Numbered from the stretch's first letter, positions 22,959 through 31,683 are shown. The stretch is 48,358 bases of DNA from Nitrospiraceae bacterium (GCA_037442105.1 JBBIQV010000001.1:124001-172358); one strand, 5' to 3'. Numbers and translations are program-made. Notes: a model not told the origin generated them from the letters alone.

Positions 22959-23219
22959 CTATCGAATCAGGCCCAGCCGCTTCGCATCAGTATGATCCCA
23001 ACCCACCGCCTCCAACACGCTTTTCAAGGTCTGGCGTGTCAGCGTATCACTGCCGTGGTGATAGTGCACCACCGTGATGCGGCCGTCCGGATGTGCGTAA
23101 ATCCGGCCTCCCGTTTGCGTGGATCGCCGAAGCGTGAAGCCATCACGCTCAAGCGCTTTGATGAGTTGATGAACGGGAAGGTTGCGGAGCAGATGAACGA
23201 GGGAAGCGGCCTCGTTCAT
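22959..23219 (-). CDS. hicA: HicA-family toxin
   Basis: LIKALERDGF..RSTQTGGRIYAHPDGRITVVHYH...TLKSVL; ATGA overlap with hicB. Confidence 0.8.
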   Translation of the reverse strand: MNEAASLVHLLRNLPVHQLIKALERDGFTLRRSTQTGGRIYAHPDGRITVVHYHHGSDTLTRQTLKSVLEAVGWDHTDAKRLGLIR

Positions 23220-23455
23220 ATGACGACGGCGAGAGCGGGAGCTTCGATGATTTCTCCGTTGGCGGGAGGATGAGGGATCGGCTTGCCGATCTCGCGCAGC
23301 GTGGCGATATAGGCATCGATGGCTTCCTGAAGGGCCTTCACTGCCTCTTGCTGTGTGCGGCCCCACGTGGCACAACCGGGCAATGAAGGGACCACAGCAC
23401 TCCAGCGGCCGTCCTCTTCTTGTTCGACTTCAATGGGATAGATATAGGTCTTCAT
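23216..23455 (-). CDS. hicB: HicB-family antitoxin (short, no DNA-binding domain)
   Basis: YPIEVEQEEDGRWSAVVPSLPGCATWGRTQQEAV; extended -10 TGCTATAAT at ~23480-23488. Confidence 0.9.
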   Translation of the reverse strand: MKTYIYPIEVEQEEDGRWSAVVPSLPGCATWGRTQQEAVKALQEAIDAYIATLREIGKPIPHPPANGEIIEAPALAVVI

Positions 23456-23783
23456 CTCAAGATGCTCAAAGGTGGGCCGATTATAGCACATTCTCCCGAG
23501 GCTCGATCGAGCGGCGGCGATCATTTACACATCCCAGCCTTCTCTCTGCTTCCGTCACTACAGGGTATGGCCAGGGTGCACTCCATAGACGATCCGTACT
23601 CCCTTCTCCAAGAAGGACAGTGCACCCAGCGTCGCGAATTGCGTGGAGGCAGCTTTTTGATCATCGCTCACTCTCGGAGGGCGGCATGGTTCATCCCCAA
23701 CTGCGCGCGTCATCGACCCATTGTAGAGGATGGGCAATGGACCCCGGCAACGCCCACTCCCTCTCAGCCTCTTCTCTTTGAGC

Positions 23784-23894
23784 GGCGGTTCGTCTGCCTT
23801 CAACTGCGCGCATCGAGCGAGCACCGCCCATAATGTAGCAATCTGTTTATTCTTGTGTGCGGGCTCTGCGAGCATAGAAGGGAGACGAACCGCC
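23784..23894 (+). repeat. Bulged-hairpin family, copy E
   Basis: Outer stem GGCGGTTCGTCT/AGACGAACCGCC; core TGC-G-CGCA-TC-GAGC-GA-GCAC...GTGC-GG-GCTC-TGCG-A-GCA. Confidence 0.85.
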
Positions 23895-23948
23895 AGGTCA
23901 CTTCTTCTTGTGTGCGCGCTCCGGGAGCACAGGACCAACACGGATGCC

Positions 23949-24062
23949 CTACGGCCTTCCCATCTTCGCCAACTCCTCAAAATAGTGCACGAACGCCTTC
24001 ATCCCGCCGGAGGCTTGCCCCCAGTCGAAGTATTCGTTCGGTGCGTGGTAGCCGTGCTCGGG
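23949..24062 (-). pseudogene. Duplicated 3' end of the M20 dipeptidase gene
   Basis: Encodes [37 protein letters not shown]; 23957-24062 matches 26963-27068 with 10 mismatches in 106 nt. Confidence 0.9.
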
Positions 24063-24073
24063 TTGTGTGGTGT

Positions 24074-24278
24074 GGGGTCTTGCAATCACACATTCACCTC
24101 TTACGCCGATACATCTACAGGTGACTTGAGCGTGAATCTTGCCGGATTCGACACAAAGAATGCACTGAGAACTCAGCGGCGACCTCTCGCAAAGGACAGA
24201 AGACAGCGGAGACGACGGGGCACGGGATAACAAGCTCCGACGGCGACTGCCGAATGTGGGATTACAAGACCTGACCCC
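24074..24278. mobile_element. Small inverted-repeat (MITE/REP-like) element
   Basis: GGTCTTGCAATCACACATTC (24076-24095) and GAATGTGGGATTACAAGACC (24252-24271) are complementary at 18/20; right end continues TGACCCC. Confidence 0.55.
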
Positions 24279-24314
24279 GATCGTCTGACCTCAACCTTCA
24301 TAAAACCATTTCGT

Positions 24315-24356
24315 GACTCATAGTCCGTAGCACTTTACGTCACTTGTTCGTAATAT
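24315..24356 (+). promoter_or_regulatory. C-box operator and leaderless promoter of the C-R operon
   Basis: GACT-CAT-AGTC-CGTA-(G)CACT-TTA-CGTC; TAATAT -10 lies 7 nt before the GTG start. Confidence 0.75.
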
Positions 24357-24363
24357 TGGCCGC

Positions 24364-24579
24364 GTGAAATCGGATGCGACAAAGCATTTCGGCCGGCGGG
24401 TTAGGGAAAGACGAGAGAAGTTGCGTCTCTCGCAGGAAGACTTCGCCGATCAAGTCGGGCTGGATCGCACGTATGTCAGTGGTATTGAGCGGGGAACAAG
24501 AAATCCGACCCTTGCGACAATGAAACGTCTTGCGGAGGGCCTTGGCGTCCCACTCGAAACGCTTCTAAAGGGTCTCTGA
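24364..24579 (+). CDS. Restriction-modification controller (C) protein
   Basis: FGRRVRERR..LSQEDFADQVGLDRTYVSGIERGTRNPTL; C-box upstream and REase 3 nt downstream. Confidence 0.9.
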   Translation: MKSDATKHFGRRVRERREKLRLSQEDFADQVGLDRTYVSGIERGTRNPTLATMKRLAEGLGVPLETLLKGL

Positions 24580-24582
24580 CGA

Positions 24583-25470
24583 ATGGTCCCCAAGCACATT
24601 AAGCGCGCTTCTGATCTTGTAACTTCCCATCAGGCCGTGTGCAGCGGTTTTCTTGATCAAGCCTTAACAAAGACACAAAAGGCGACGCCCTATGTCGAGG
24701 CTGCGTTGTCATTTTGGCGCATGCTCCAAGACGCGGCAGAAATCTCAGAACTTCTACAATCGACTGAGTACCGAGATCACTTGCTGGCGGCAGCCGGATT
24801 TTCGGACAAAGCTATGAATCACCTTTCCCAGCCTGAACTGAGCCAAGCGTTGCAGAAGGTATTCGAGACCTTCTTAAAGAGATCGGGAACGCATTTCCGC
24901 GAAGAAGTTTTCTGCAGGTATCTCCTTACGAGAGGTGATGCTCTCGGAGGTCAGATGCGCAACGTAACCGGGGCTGCCGGCCAAACTCGACTTACTAAGG
25001 CGATCCTGGAAGCGTTGAAGAGAACTGGAACTACACATAACACACTGCTCGCAGTCAACGGGGAAAAGATCCAGCGAATTTCCTGGAGCAGTCGACGATT
25101 GCTTTTTGGCGTGAAGCCCAAACTGATTAACAAGAGTATCGATGTTATTCTGCTGGACACAGCGAGTGGCAACGATAAAGAAACTCTTCTCGAGAGACCC
25201 GCAGCCTATCTTGCCTGCGGCGAACTGAAAAGTGGCATTGTCCCTGCAGGAGCCGACGAACATTGGAAAACGGCTAAGACCGCCTTGAGCAGAATACGCT
25301 CGAAGCTCAAGCGCGCATGCCCATCGCTTTTCTTCGTCGCAGCTGCGATTGAAACGGCTATGGCAAAGGAGATCTTCAGGGACTTGAAGAAGGGGTATCT
25401 CACCCACGCAGCCAATCTCACTGATGACCGGCAAGTTGAAGACTTGGCTTCTTGGCTGATTTCACTTTAG
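24583..25470 (+). CDS. Type II restriction endonuclease, BsoBI/AvaI family
   Basis: RYLLTRGDALGGQMRN and YLACGELKSGIVPAGADEHWKTA resemble the family motif ELKGGIDPAGADEHWKTA. Confidence 0.85.
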   Translation: MVPKHIKRASDLVTSHQAVCSGFLDQALTKTQKATPYVEAALSFWRMLQDAAEISELLQSTEYRDHLLAAAGFSDKAMNHLSQPELSQALQKVFETFLKRSGTHFREEVFCRYLLTRGDALGGQMRNVTGAAGQTRLTKAILEALKRTGTTHNTLLAVNGEKIQRISWSSRRLLFGVKPKLINKSIDVILLDTASGNDKETLLERPAAYLACGELKSGIVPAGADEHWKTAKTALSRIRSKLKRACPSLFFVAAAIETAMAKEIFRDLKKGYLTHAANLTDDRQVEDLASWLISL

Positions 25471-26878
25471 GCGCGCGCCAGACGTACACACATTTTCTCA
25501 ACGATTCACGCCCAAACTCACCCATTTGCTGACTGCTATTTCCTTTGCCATTCGGTAAAACCCATATTTTTTCGACGCGATACCCGGCACTTTCTGCAAG
25601 AGCCGACAGAATCAAATCGACAGAGATGTTTGCGCCTTCATACCTGACATTATCATTGACCATCACAAAGGGAGCACCTGGTTTCAGAGCCCGTGCACAT
25701 TCATAAATTACCAGCGTCATTTCCCAGAAATAGTTGCGCACCATCCTGGGGATGCCATTGTTATTGAGCAACCGCGCAGCCTTACGATCATCGAGATATT
25801 GAAGAATTGCGCTCAAGCATTCTTGGGCCTTAAAGCTTGCAGAGGCGCGAGAATACCTTTTCCCCTCGAACAAGTTTAACAACCCCTGCTTCTCGCGATT
25901 TTCCACAGTACATGACAACATCGTTTGCCGAAGATCCCTTAGTCCATCTTCGCCAATGCCTAGCAGAGCAAGCTCAAGCGCGTATGTACGTGTGTAATCA
26001 TAGCGGTTGCAGTAAGGCGGCGATGTTATCAGCGCATCGAAGCAGTGATCCGGGAGTTTGGGCAATTCCTCCAAACAAGATCCACCGACGATATCAATTC
26101 GACCGTTGTCCGAACCGGTGGGAAAGAGATCAAGGACTCCTACATTGCCCTCAAGATCATCGAGTATTTCACCGAGCTTGATGTCTAATGCTTCGTCAAA
26201 GCCGAAAATCTTCCCTTTGTCGAATGGCTTCAGGCCCTGTTTTCTTCCCGATCGATAGTCCCATCGAAGATATTGTCCATCTTTTCTCGTGAAGCTGATC
26301 TGCTCAAGAACACACAGCGCGGCAAATCGCAGAAGACGACGCGTCACCTCGGATTTCTCTTTGTCAGTTTCGGCCAGGTATCTCCCCAGCAATGTTTCGT
26401 TCTCTTTGGAAAATGCGCCCATTGTAATCCGCAGATGTGGAAAAGGATAACTCTGGCCCGACTTCCTCCAGGGTTTTGCTTTTTGCCATCGCCTGAGATC
26501 ATCGATGTACACACGACTTCTATCCGATACAGTGAGTTTCCGAACTTCAATAATTTCCTGTCCTATCGGCAACAACTCGATGCCGGTTGAGTCGAGACCG
26601 CGATGACTTGCTACAAAGAGAGTCGTACCAGCTCCAGCAAAAGGATCGAGTACCGTTCCCGATTTCATTCCAAGGTAATCCAGCAGATAATGGACAAGGG
26701 CGGCGGAGAAACCTTCCTTGTACTTGAACCAACGAAAGCCTTCTTCTTGTTTGTTGGCCTGAAAACTTACAAGGGCCCTTGTCAAATGCGAGTTAACCTG
26801 CAATTGAGAAGCGAATCGCGCTTCTAACTGCTCATCCATATGGTTGATTGATTTAACCGTTACCATGCCGCGGAACAT
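25418..26878 (-). CDS. Amino (probably N4-cytosine) DNA methyltransferase, convergent with the REase
   Basis: RWFKYKEGFS and VLDPFAGAGTT (motif I) precede ITSPPY (motif IV); KGNSSQQMG. Confidence 0.92.
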   Translation of the reverse strand: MFRGMVTVKSINHMDEQLEARFASQLQVNSHLTRALVSFQANKQEEGFRWFKYKEGFSAALVHYLLDYLGMKSGTVLDPFAGAGTTLFVASHRGLDSTGIELLPIGQEIIEVRKLTVSDRSRVYIDDLRRWQKAKPWRKSGQSYPFPHLRITMGAFSKENETLLGRYLAETDKEKSEVTRRLLRFAALCVLEQISFTRKDGQYLRWDYRSGRKQGLKPFDKGKIFGFDEALDIKLGEILDDLEGNVGVLDLFPTGSDNGRIDIVGGSCLEELPKLPDHCFDALITSPPYCNRYDYTRTYALELALLGIGEDGLRDLRQTMLSCTVENREKQGLLNLFEGKRYSRASASFKAQECLSAILQYLDDRKAARLLNNNGIPRMVRNYFWEMTLVIYECARALKPGAPFVMVNDNVRYEGANISVDLILSALAESAGYRVEKIWVLPNGKGNSSQQMGEFGRESLRKCVYVWRAPKVKSAKKPSLQLAGHQ

Positions 26879-26884
26879 ACGCCA

Positions 26885-26901
26885 TTATGTTACTCATAGT
26901 C
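26885..26901 (-). promoter_or_regulatory. Single C-box at the methyltransferase promoter
   Basis: TACT-CAT-AGTC at 26891-26901 (10/11 identical to the 24315 box), beside a minus-strand CATAAT just upstream of ATG 26878. Confidence 0.6.
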
Positions 26902-26954
26902 AACCATCATTCCAGCACGAATAGCATCAAACAGTTGAGTTGTCTGACCGCTCC

Positions 26955-28331
26955 CTATTTCGTTCCCATCTTCGCCAACTCCTCAAAGTAATGCGCAAAC
27001 GCCTTCATCCCGCCGGAGGCCTGGCCCCAATCGAAATATTCGTTCGGCGCGTGGTAGCCGTGTTCGGGCAGGCTCAAGCCCATGAAGAGGATCGGCACGT
27101 TCCACGCCTTCTGCATCGTGACGACCGCACCGATCGAGCCTCCCTCGCGGATGAAGGCCGGTTCTTTCCCGAAGCCCGCCTTCACGGCCCGTTTTACCGT
27201 CTCGACGTAGGGTCCCTCGAAGCTCCCGCGAAACGGCTGCAACATGTTCTCGCGCTCAACTCTTACCGTAGGATTCACCTTTTTGACGTAGCGTTTGAGC
27301 ACATCGAAGGCCTTCTCCGGCGTTTGATTCGGTACGAGGCGCATGCTGACTTTCAGCTCCCCATAGCCAGGCACGATCGTTTTCACTCCCGGCCCGTGAT
27401 AGCCGCCACTGAGGCCGTGCACCTCGAAGGTCGGCCTGGCCCAGATGCGACTGAGCACCTCCGCAGGCTTCGCGGTTCGCAGGGAGTGAAACCCATAGGC
27501 CTTCATGAACCGCTTCACCTGGAAACCGGATGCGAGGAAACTCTTGATCTCCGCCTTCGTCGGCGCAATCACGTCCTTATAGAATCCCGGAATCTTCACG
27601 CGGCCGGTCTTGGCGTCAAGACAGGCCATCGCCACGTCCATGAGCTCGGCCAGCGGATTCCTCGCGGCGCCGCCGGTCAGTCCGGAATGGGCATCTTTCT
27701 CGCCGGTGCGCAGCACCAAGCGCGCACCGGCAAGACCCCGCAGGCCGTAGGGCATCGCCGGTCGATCCTTAGAGATCCAAATCGTATCGGAGACGACGAC
27801 GGAATCCGGCCGCGGAATGCGCGCACGATCGCGGAGCGCCGCGGCAAAGCTGAGGCTCCCATTCTCTTCTTCCAACTCCCAGAGCAAGCGAATGTTGAGA
27901 GGCACACCCTGGTCGATGGCGTATTTCGCGGCGAACAGAGCGGTGAGCGCAGGGCCTTTGTCATCGGTGGCGCCCCGGCCATGATAGATGCCGTCTTGAT
28001 TGCGAAATGCGAACGGCGCTTGCCGCCACTCCGGCTCCTGCGCCGGCTGGACATCAAGGTGGTTGTAGATGGTCACCGTCGGATGATGCTTGCCGGTCGT
28101 CCACCCACCAGACACTACCGGATAGCCGGGCGTCTCGACGATGTGCGCCTCCGCGCCAAGCTCGCGCAGATACTGAACCGCCAGTTCAGCCGCGCGCCTG
28201 ATATCCGGCGCATGGTGCGGGTCCATGCTGATGGAAGGAATCTCGACCATCTGCCCCAGCAGGTCTTCGAAACGCGGCTTGATCTGTTCGATGTAAGCAC
28301 TCAGGTGCGTGGCGTTGATCGTCATCCTCAT
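26955..28331 (-). CDS. M20-family dipeptidase (M20/M25/M40 metallohydrolase)
   Basis: YNHLDVQP, GRGATDDKGP, EEENGS, HSG, EGGSI and HAPNE motifs. Confidence 0.93.
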   Translation of the reverse strand: MRMTINATHLSAYIEQIKPRFEDLLGQMVEIPSISMDPHHAPDIRRAAELAVQYLRELGAEAHIVETPGYPVVSGGWTTGKHHPTVTIYNHLDVQPAQEPEWRQAPFAFRNQDGIYHGRGATDDKGPALTALFAAKYAIDQGVPLNIRLLWELEEENGSLSFAAALRDRARIPRPDSVVVSDTIWISKDRPAMPYGLRGLAGARLVLRTGEKDAHSGLTGGAARNPLAELMDVAMACLDAKTGRVKIPGFYKDVIAPTKAEIKSFLASGFQVKRFMKAYGFHSLRTAKPAEVLSRIWARPTFEVHGLSGGYHGPGVKTIVPGYGELKVSMRLVPNQTPEKAFDVLKRYVKKVNPTVRVERENMLQPFRGSFEGPYVETVKRAVKAGFGKEPAFIREGGSIGAVVTMQKAWNVPILFMGLSLPEHGYHAPNEYFDWGQASGGMKAFAHYFEELAKMGTK

Positions 28332-28423
28332 GCTCCTCGGTGAGTCGGCGCGGCATTATAGCGCCGTGCTGAAAGGAGAGAAAGCCACGAACCGACTTCT
28401 GAGGCCCACTCGAAGATGCTAGA

Positions 28424-28867
28424 ATGCCGGCCATGCAATGGATCGCCGTGCTGTTTCTGCTTCTTGTCGCTCCTCCTACCATGGCCCAGGAAACGGTCTC
28501 TATTGACGAGATCGTGGCACGACCGGACCTCTACCATCTGCACCAAGTCGTCCTTCGCGGAATCGTCCGAGACCTTCAAGCTCTGCCTCCTTACAAGATT
28601 CCGACAGGGGACTACTGTTATGGCGCGTTTCTCTTCCGGCTGGAGGATGATACGGGATCCATCGCGGTGGCCGTGCTGGGGATGTGCGATAAGCCCATCC
28701 TGAGGGAACTCAACGTGGCAGAAGGCGATCAGGCCGAAGTGCGGGCGGTCATCCATGCTCCCGGACATGGCACACACTACCTCAGTGTGCAAGGCCTCCG
28801 CATTTCGACCGAGGAACGGGGAGAGATCCAGGCGGTCGCTGCGAATATCGTACGGCTCGATCCATAG
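28424..28867 (+). CDS. Exported OB-fold hypothetical protein
   Basis: Signal peptide; VSIDEI..PDLY...VVLRGIV, FRLEDDTGSIAV and EGDQAEV. Confidence 0.7.
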   Translation: MPAMQWIAVLFLLLVAPPTMAQETVSIDEIVARPDLYHLHQVVLRGIVRDLQALPPYKIPTGDYCYGAFLFRLEDDTGSIAVAVLGMCDKPILRELNVAEGDQAEVRAVIHAPGHGTHYLSVQGLRISTEERGEIQAVAANIVRLDP

Positions 28868-28892
28868 CAGAGGATGGAGAAGAAAGAAACTG

Positions 28893-29582
28893 ATGAAGAG
28901 GAGTGGCTGGCTCATTATCGTGCTGGTACTTGCGGGTTGCACCGGCAGCAAGGGCTTCGATCACGCAGCGCTGCGTGAGGCCTTGCGTCAAGATTCCTTC
29001 ACACTGTCCAATTCGCCAAATCAGATCGAGCCCCAGTCCGCCGCGCGACCGGCGCTGCCTGCAAAGTTGGCCCTCTATCTCAAGCCTACCCGTGTCCTGA
29101 ATCGCCGTTTCGAGTGGACCGATGCGGACAAGGATACATTCCGCACCTGGGCGAGCGATCTCAAGAGTCGCGGCCTATTGTCGGACCTGTACGTCGTGGC
29201 GGAATCGTCGGTGACGGGCACACAGAACTCACGCGAGGTGGCTGCCCGCTATGGCGCTGAAGTGCTGTTGATTGTCGAGGGCGCCACCGACCTCGATCGG
29301 TACAACAATTACAAAGGTCCGTTGCTGTACTGGACGATCTTGGGTGCCTATCTCGCAGCCGGCACGCACAGCGACGCCCTCTGCCTGGTCACCGCTTCCT
29401 TGTGGGATGTCCGGGCCGGCGCTCGCTACTTTACCGTAGAATCAGAGGGGCAGGCCAAGGCTGTCGGCCCGGCGGCGTTTCTCGATGACAAGGATGCGAT
29501 CGACCGGGCGAAGCAGGCGGCCATCGGAGACCTTCAACGAAAGCTGAGCGAACGGCTTCGCAGCGCGAGCGAGAATCCCTGA
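28893..29582 (+). CDS. Lipoprotein of unknown function
   Basis: Lipobox LAG-C; AARYGAEVLL, LYWTILGAYL and ASLWDVRAG. Confidence 0.75.
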   Translation: MKRSGWLIIVLVLAGCTGSKGFDHAALREALRQDSFTLSNSPNQIEPQSAARPALPAKLALYLKPTRVLNRRFEWTDADKDTFRTWASDLKSRGLLSDLYVVAESSVTGTQNSREVAARYGAEVLLIVEGATDLDRYNNYKGPLLYWTILGAYLAAGTHSDALCLVTASLWDVRAGARYFTVESEGQAKAVGPAAFLDDKDAIDRAKQAAIGDLQRKLSERLRSASENP

Positions 29583-29588
29583 CCGACT

Positions 29589-30788
29589 TCACGGCGAATC
29601 GTAGGTCCAGAGCGCCGCAAAGATCAGCATATGCTGGCCTTGAGCGAGACCCATCACACCCGGACGAATCTCCCCGCCTTTGAAAAATCCGCCTTGCGCG
29701 CCGGTTGAATCGTCATACCGGTATTCCAACCGAAACGTCGTGTTCGTTGCTGAGTAGGGCACCTTGTATTCGACCGTCGAGGTGACGGCCTTCACCACCT
29801 GCTCGAAACCGGTTTGCCTGCCGTGGCGATCCCAATAGACCTCCGGCCGCAGCGCCACCGCCCACGGTGGCGCGAGCTGCCATCGCGCAAAAAGTGCTGC
29901 CCCGGTCCAGAAGGTGCGGAGACCGTCGGGCCGCTCGGCCATCCGTTCGGTGCCGATGTCATAGGAGAAGGCGATGGTCACAGTCTCGTTCTTCCACTGG
30001 AGGATACTGTCCGAAAAGAACCGCCAGTACCTGATGTCCGTGTTGCGCTGATCAGGCCCGTAGTAAAAGTTCTGGGTGACGGTCAGTTGCTTGGTCGGCG
30101 TCCACAAGAACTGTGTCCCGTAGCTCGGTTGATTGTTAGGATGCGCGAGATGCCAATATCCATTGATGACATACAGCCCCACCGTCAATTGCTCGCGCAC
30201 CGGATATTTCGCTCCCACGCCGAACATCATGTAGGGCGAGTTGTCGGCGATCCAGGAGCGCGTGTAATTGAAATTGTCTTTGGCATAGAGTGACTCGTAG
30301 CCGATGAAGCTGTTGAAGAGGCCGGCCGTCAGGGTCAGCCCGTTGCCCACGGGCGCGAGGTACGACATGTTGGCGCGGGAGAAATGCCGCAACGTATCGG
30401 CGCTCCCGACATGGGGCCGGTCCTGCCCGAACGCAAAGTCCTTCGAGTCGTAGCCGCCTTGCACGGCGAACTCCGCGCCCCAGCGTGAGTCTGCGCTGAT
30501 ATCCTTGCGCACGTAAGCCATCGCCATGTTGGGCGCCGGCTCGTTCGTTCGCGGGGTCGTGGTCCTGGTGCGGAACAGATGATTCTTGGGGAAGTTCAAG
30601 TTGAGGATGTAGCTGAGATCGAGATAGGCGCCGTAATGCCAATCCGCGTTCATGGACTGGGGCTTCTCAGCGGAGGAAACCGTTCGACCTTCTTGCAACG
30701 GATCAGCTAGGCCGATGTCCGCCTCGAAGAACAAGGCCGCCGACAATCCGAGCAGACGCAACAGCCGGAGAGCCTTGTCATCGGTCAT
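29589..30788 (-). CDS. Putative outer-membrane porin (beta-barrel)
   Basis: AGGAG RBS; GLFNSFIGYESLYAKDNFNYTRS, RLEYRYD and alternating aromatic beta-strands. Confidence 0.82.
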   Translation of the reverse strand: MTDDKALRLLRLLGLSAALFFEADIGLADPLQEGRTVSSAEKPQSMNADWHYGAYLDLSYILNLNFPKNHLFRTRTTTPRTNEPAPNMAMAYVRKDISADSRWGAEFAVQGGYDSKDFAFGQDRPHVGSADTLRHFSRANMSYLAPVGNGLTLTAGLFNSFIGYESLYAKDNFNYTRSWIADNSPYMMFGVGAKYPVREQLTVGLYVINGYWHLAHPNNQPSYGTQFLWTPTKQLTVTQNFYYGPDQRNTDIRYWRFFSDSILQWKNETVTIAFSYDIGTERMAERPDGLRTFWTGAALFARWQLAPPWAVALRPEVYWDRHGRQTGFEQVVKAVTSTVEYKVPYSATNTTFRLEYRYDDSTGAQGGFFKGGEIRPGVMGLAQGQHMLIFAALWTYDSP

Positions 30789-30908
30789 GTCGCTCCTGGA
30801 CTCAGTGTGAATGACGGGAATCGGAGGGAGACTGTACACGAACGAGGGCGGAGGAGGAAGGGTAAGAAGGTCGATTTGTCGGAGTGGATTTCGAGGGGCC
30901 GATCTCTC

Positions 30909-31478
30909 TCAGGTGGGCTCCTGCCTCATCGCCTCATGCGACGCGAACCATCGCCACACCAGCCAGCCCCAGATCGCCAGCATGCCGATCCAACCGAGGA
31001 TGGCAACGCGATGGGCAATCACTGTATCGGACGTCAGGACGCCCCAGCGGCTGAAGATCTCCGTCCAATCGTGCTCTCCGCCCCCAACGAGCGGCAAAGC
31101 TTGCGCCCGCGCATCGGCCATGTAGCGGGCGACGTTCAGGAAATTCTCAAAGAACCACCAGCCCGCGACCGAGCAGCCGATCGTATCCCGTTGTCGCCAG
31201 AAAGCCAGCCACACGACCGCAGGCATGGCCAGTTGGGCAAGCGTGCCTCCGTACAGTCCGAGCGTGTCGCCGAAGAGGCCGAAGATCGGATGTCCCGCTT
31301 CGTGGAAAACGAGGTTGACGCGATCCAGGAAAATGAAGCCATCGTCATCGGTCGCGAGCAGATAGAGCAACCAGGCCAGCCCACCGGAGACGGCCACCAT
31401 CTGCCAATTCGCGACGACCTTCCACGGATAACCGTGAATCCGCTTCGTGCATTCGAGAATGTCACGCGGCGTCAACAT
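30909..31478 (-). CDS. Integral membrane protein with HExGH motif (M50-like metalloprotease)
   Basis: NLVFHEAGH, GGTLAQL, YMADA and HDW; several TM segments. Confidence 0.78.
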   Translation of the reverse strand: MLTPRDILECTKRIHGYPWKVVANWQMVAVSGGLAWLLYLLATDDDGFIFLDRVNLVFHEAGHPIFGLFGDTLGLYGGTLAQLAMPAVVWLAFWRQRDTIGCSVAGWWFFENFLNVARYMADARAQALPLVGGGEHDWTEIFSRWGVLTSDTVIAHRVAILGWIGMLAIWGWLVWRWFASHEAMRQEPT

Positions 31479-31531
31479 GACGAACCACCTCTTCCTCTTT
31501 CATTCCTCACACTCTATAGCTCCGGATGGGG

Positions 31532-31683
31532 AGGGCTGCCGAGTAGCCTCCCACTGCGCGCGTCCACCGAGCGCTTTCTTCATTAGGGTCGAGCGATGCT
31601 CGACACGGGAGGGGGCCCGAACCAACTCCCCTCCCGTACCCACAGCGCGGGGTGCGCGAGCAAGGAGGCTACTCGGCAGCCCT
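31532..31683 (+). repeat. Bulged-hairpin family, copy A (branched loop)
   Basis: Perfect 20-bp outer stem AGGGCTGCCGAGTAGCCTCC/GGAGGCTACTCGGCAGCCCT; core TGC-G-CGCG-TC-CACC-GA-GCGC...GCGC-GG-GGTG-CGCG-A-GCA; two extra hairpins in the loop. Confidence 0.9.

Noticed and set aside
21200..23560. Accessory genes as integron cassettes of the downstream IntI
   Set aside because: Mixed orientations and no convincing attC found by eye; IntegronFinder would be decisive.
23420..24230. ORFs 23353-23781, 23420-23833, 23558-23980 and 23730-24230
   Set aside because: They run through repeat and hairpin DNA with no RBS or recognisable domain.
24063..24233. 94-aa ORF 23949-24233 as a real gene
   Set aside because: Only the last ~37 codons match M20; the rest is read-through across the IR element.
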